DNA of 64,000 bases from Veleropilina oligotropha (Eukaryota): positions 496,001 to 560,000 of the forward strand of contig JBEUKZ010000008.1 of the NCBI GenBank assembly GCA_048128005.1, given 5' to 3'. Both the position numbers and the translations under genes were made by a program. Below, piece after piece: positions 63,339 through 64,000 of this stretch (position 1 is its first letter; each line of letters starts with the position of its first letter). The notes under the pieces were generated by a model. That model was not told the origin of the DNA and did no database searches. It saw only the letters and a program-made list of their open reading frames with translations.

Positions 63339-63585
63339 GGCCACTTCGACAGTCGTGTGGTATCGGTTGTGGACTCCGAAACAAATTTACTGAATTCCAC
63401 TGAAGCAAACAGTAATGGGTTCAAACCTCGGCAGTGACATCACACATTTGTTCAAGTTACCAATCACAGTTGTCCGTCACTGGCAGGAGAGAGCGAGTTG
63501 CCCCCGGCGACCGGGCTTTCCCCAGCGATAATATCGACATGTCCTGGTTTGAACCTAAAGGTTGAAAATATACAGGACCCAATCG
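63339..63585 (+). mobile_element. SINE family S1, diverged full-length copy
   Basis: GGCCACTTCG head, GGTTCAAACC B box and the shared body and tail. Confidence 0.78.
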
Positions 63586-64000
63586 ATCTTATGCGAAAGT
63601 AGAGTTCCATATTATAGGACAACTGTGTTTGATTGTCTTGGTTGTCTATTGCAAACGATATTGGGAAATCCATATATGACGATGTTTATTTACATTACCA
63701 TTTAATGTAAAATGTGAAGAATTGCGTAGCTTATTACTTGTTAATATTGAAGACTATGGTCCGCATCATATATATAAAGAGAAGCGGGCGATCATCTCTT
63801 AATTGTCTCCGTTCACTTATCATCTATGTACCCGACTGTTCAAAACCCCGGATAAGCTATAGGGATAAAATATTATCCAGTGGTTAGTCTGTAGCTCAAA
63901 ATTTTTTAATCCGTGGATAGGTTATCCACTGGATAAATTTTATCAACAGGTAATGGGTGGGTTAAATCATGATCCACTGGATAGTAACTAATAGTCCATG

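Noticed and set aside
63830..64000. MITE-like end with ATCCACTGGATA repeats
   Set aside because: It is cut by the window edge, so the second TIR and the TSD cannot be confirmed.

Overview
AT-rich, repeat-dense animal genomic DNA; the repeat families look invertebrate, plausibly molluscan, but the species cannot be determined. There is no prokaryotic operon, CRISPR array or rRNA. Two minus-strand DIRS1-type tyrosine-recombinase retrotransposons dominate the window. Copy B (19739-27475) has intact gag, RT-RNaseH-methyltransferase and tyrosine recombinase ORFs. Copy A (1583-10250) is coding-dead but has identical terminal repeats and very uneven divergence from copy B. Both show 201-bp ITRs, an internal complementary region (ICR) and a duplicated ATG at the ends. 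Between them is one probable host coding exon (13264-12485, minus); a small candidate exon lies at 33064-33009. The remainder is tRNA-derived SINEs, DINE-1-like Helentron-associated elements (HINEs), non-autonomous Helitrons, a decayed DD34E Tc1, MITEs, LINE fragments and minisatellites, often nested. The most interesting hypotheses concern DIRS expression and propagation. Gag and the recombinase ORF share a frame and are separated by one UAG followed by a conserved hairpin. A predicted leader intron contains both secondary insertions. The termini co-vary with the ICR. All alignments and counts were made by eye.
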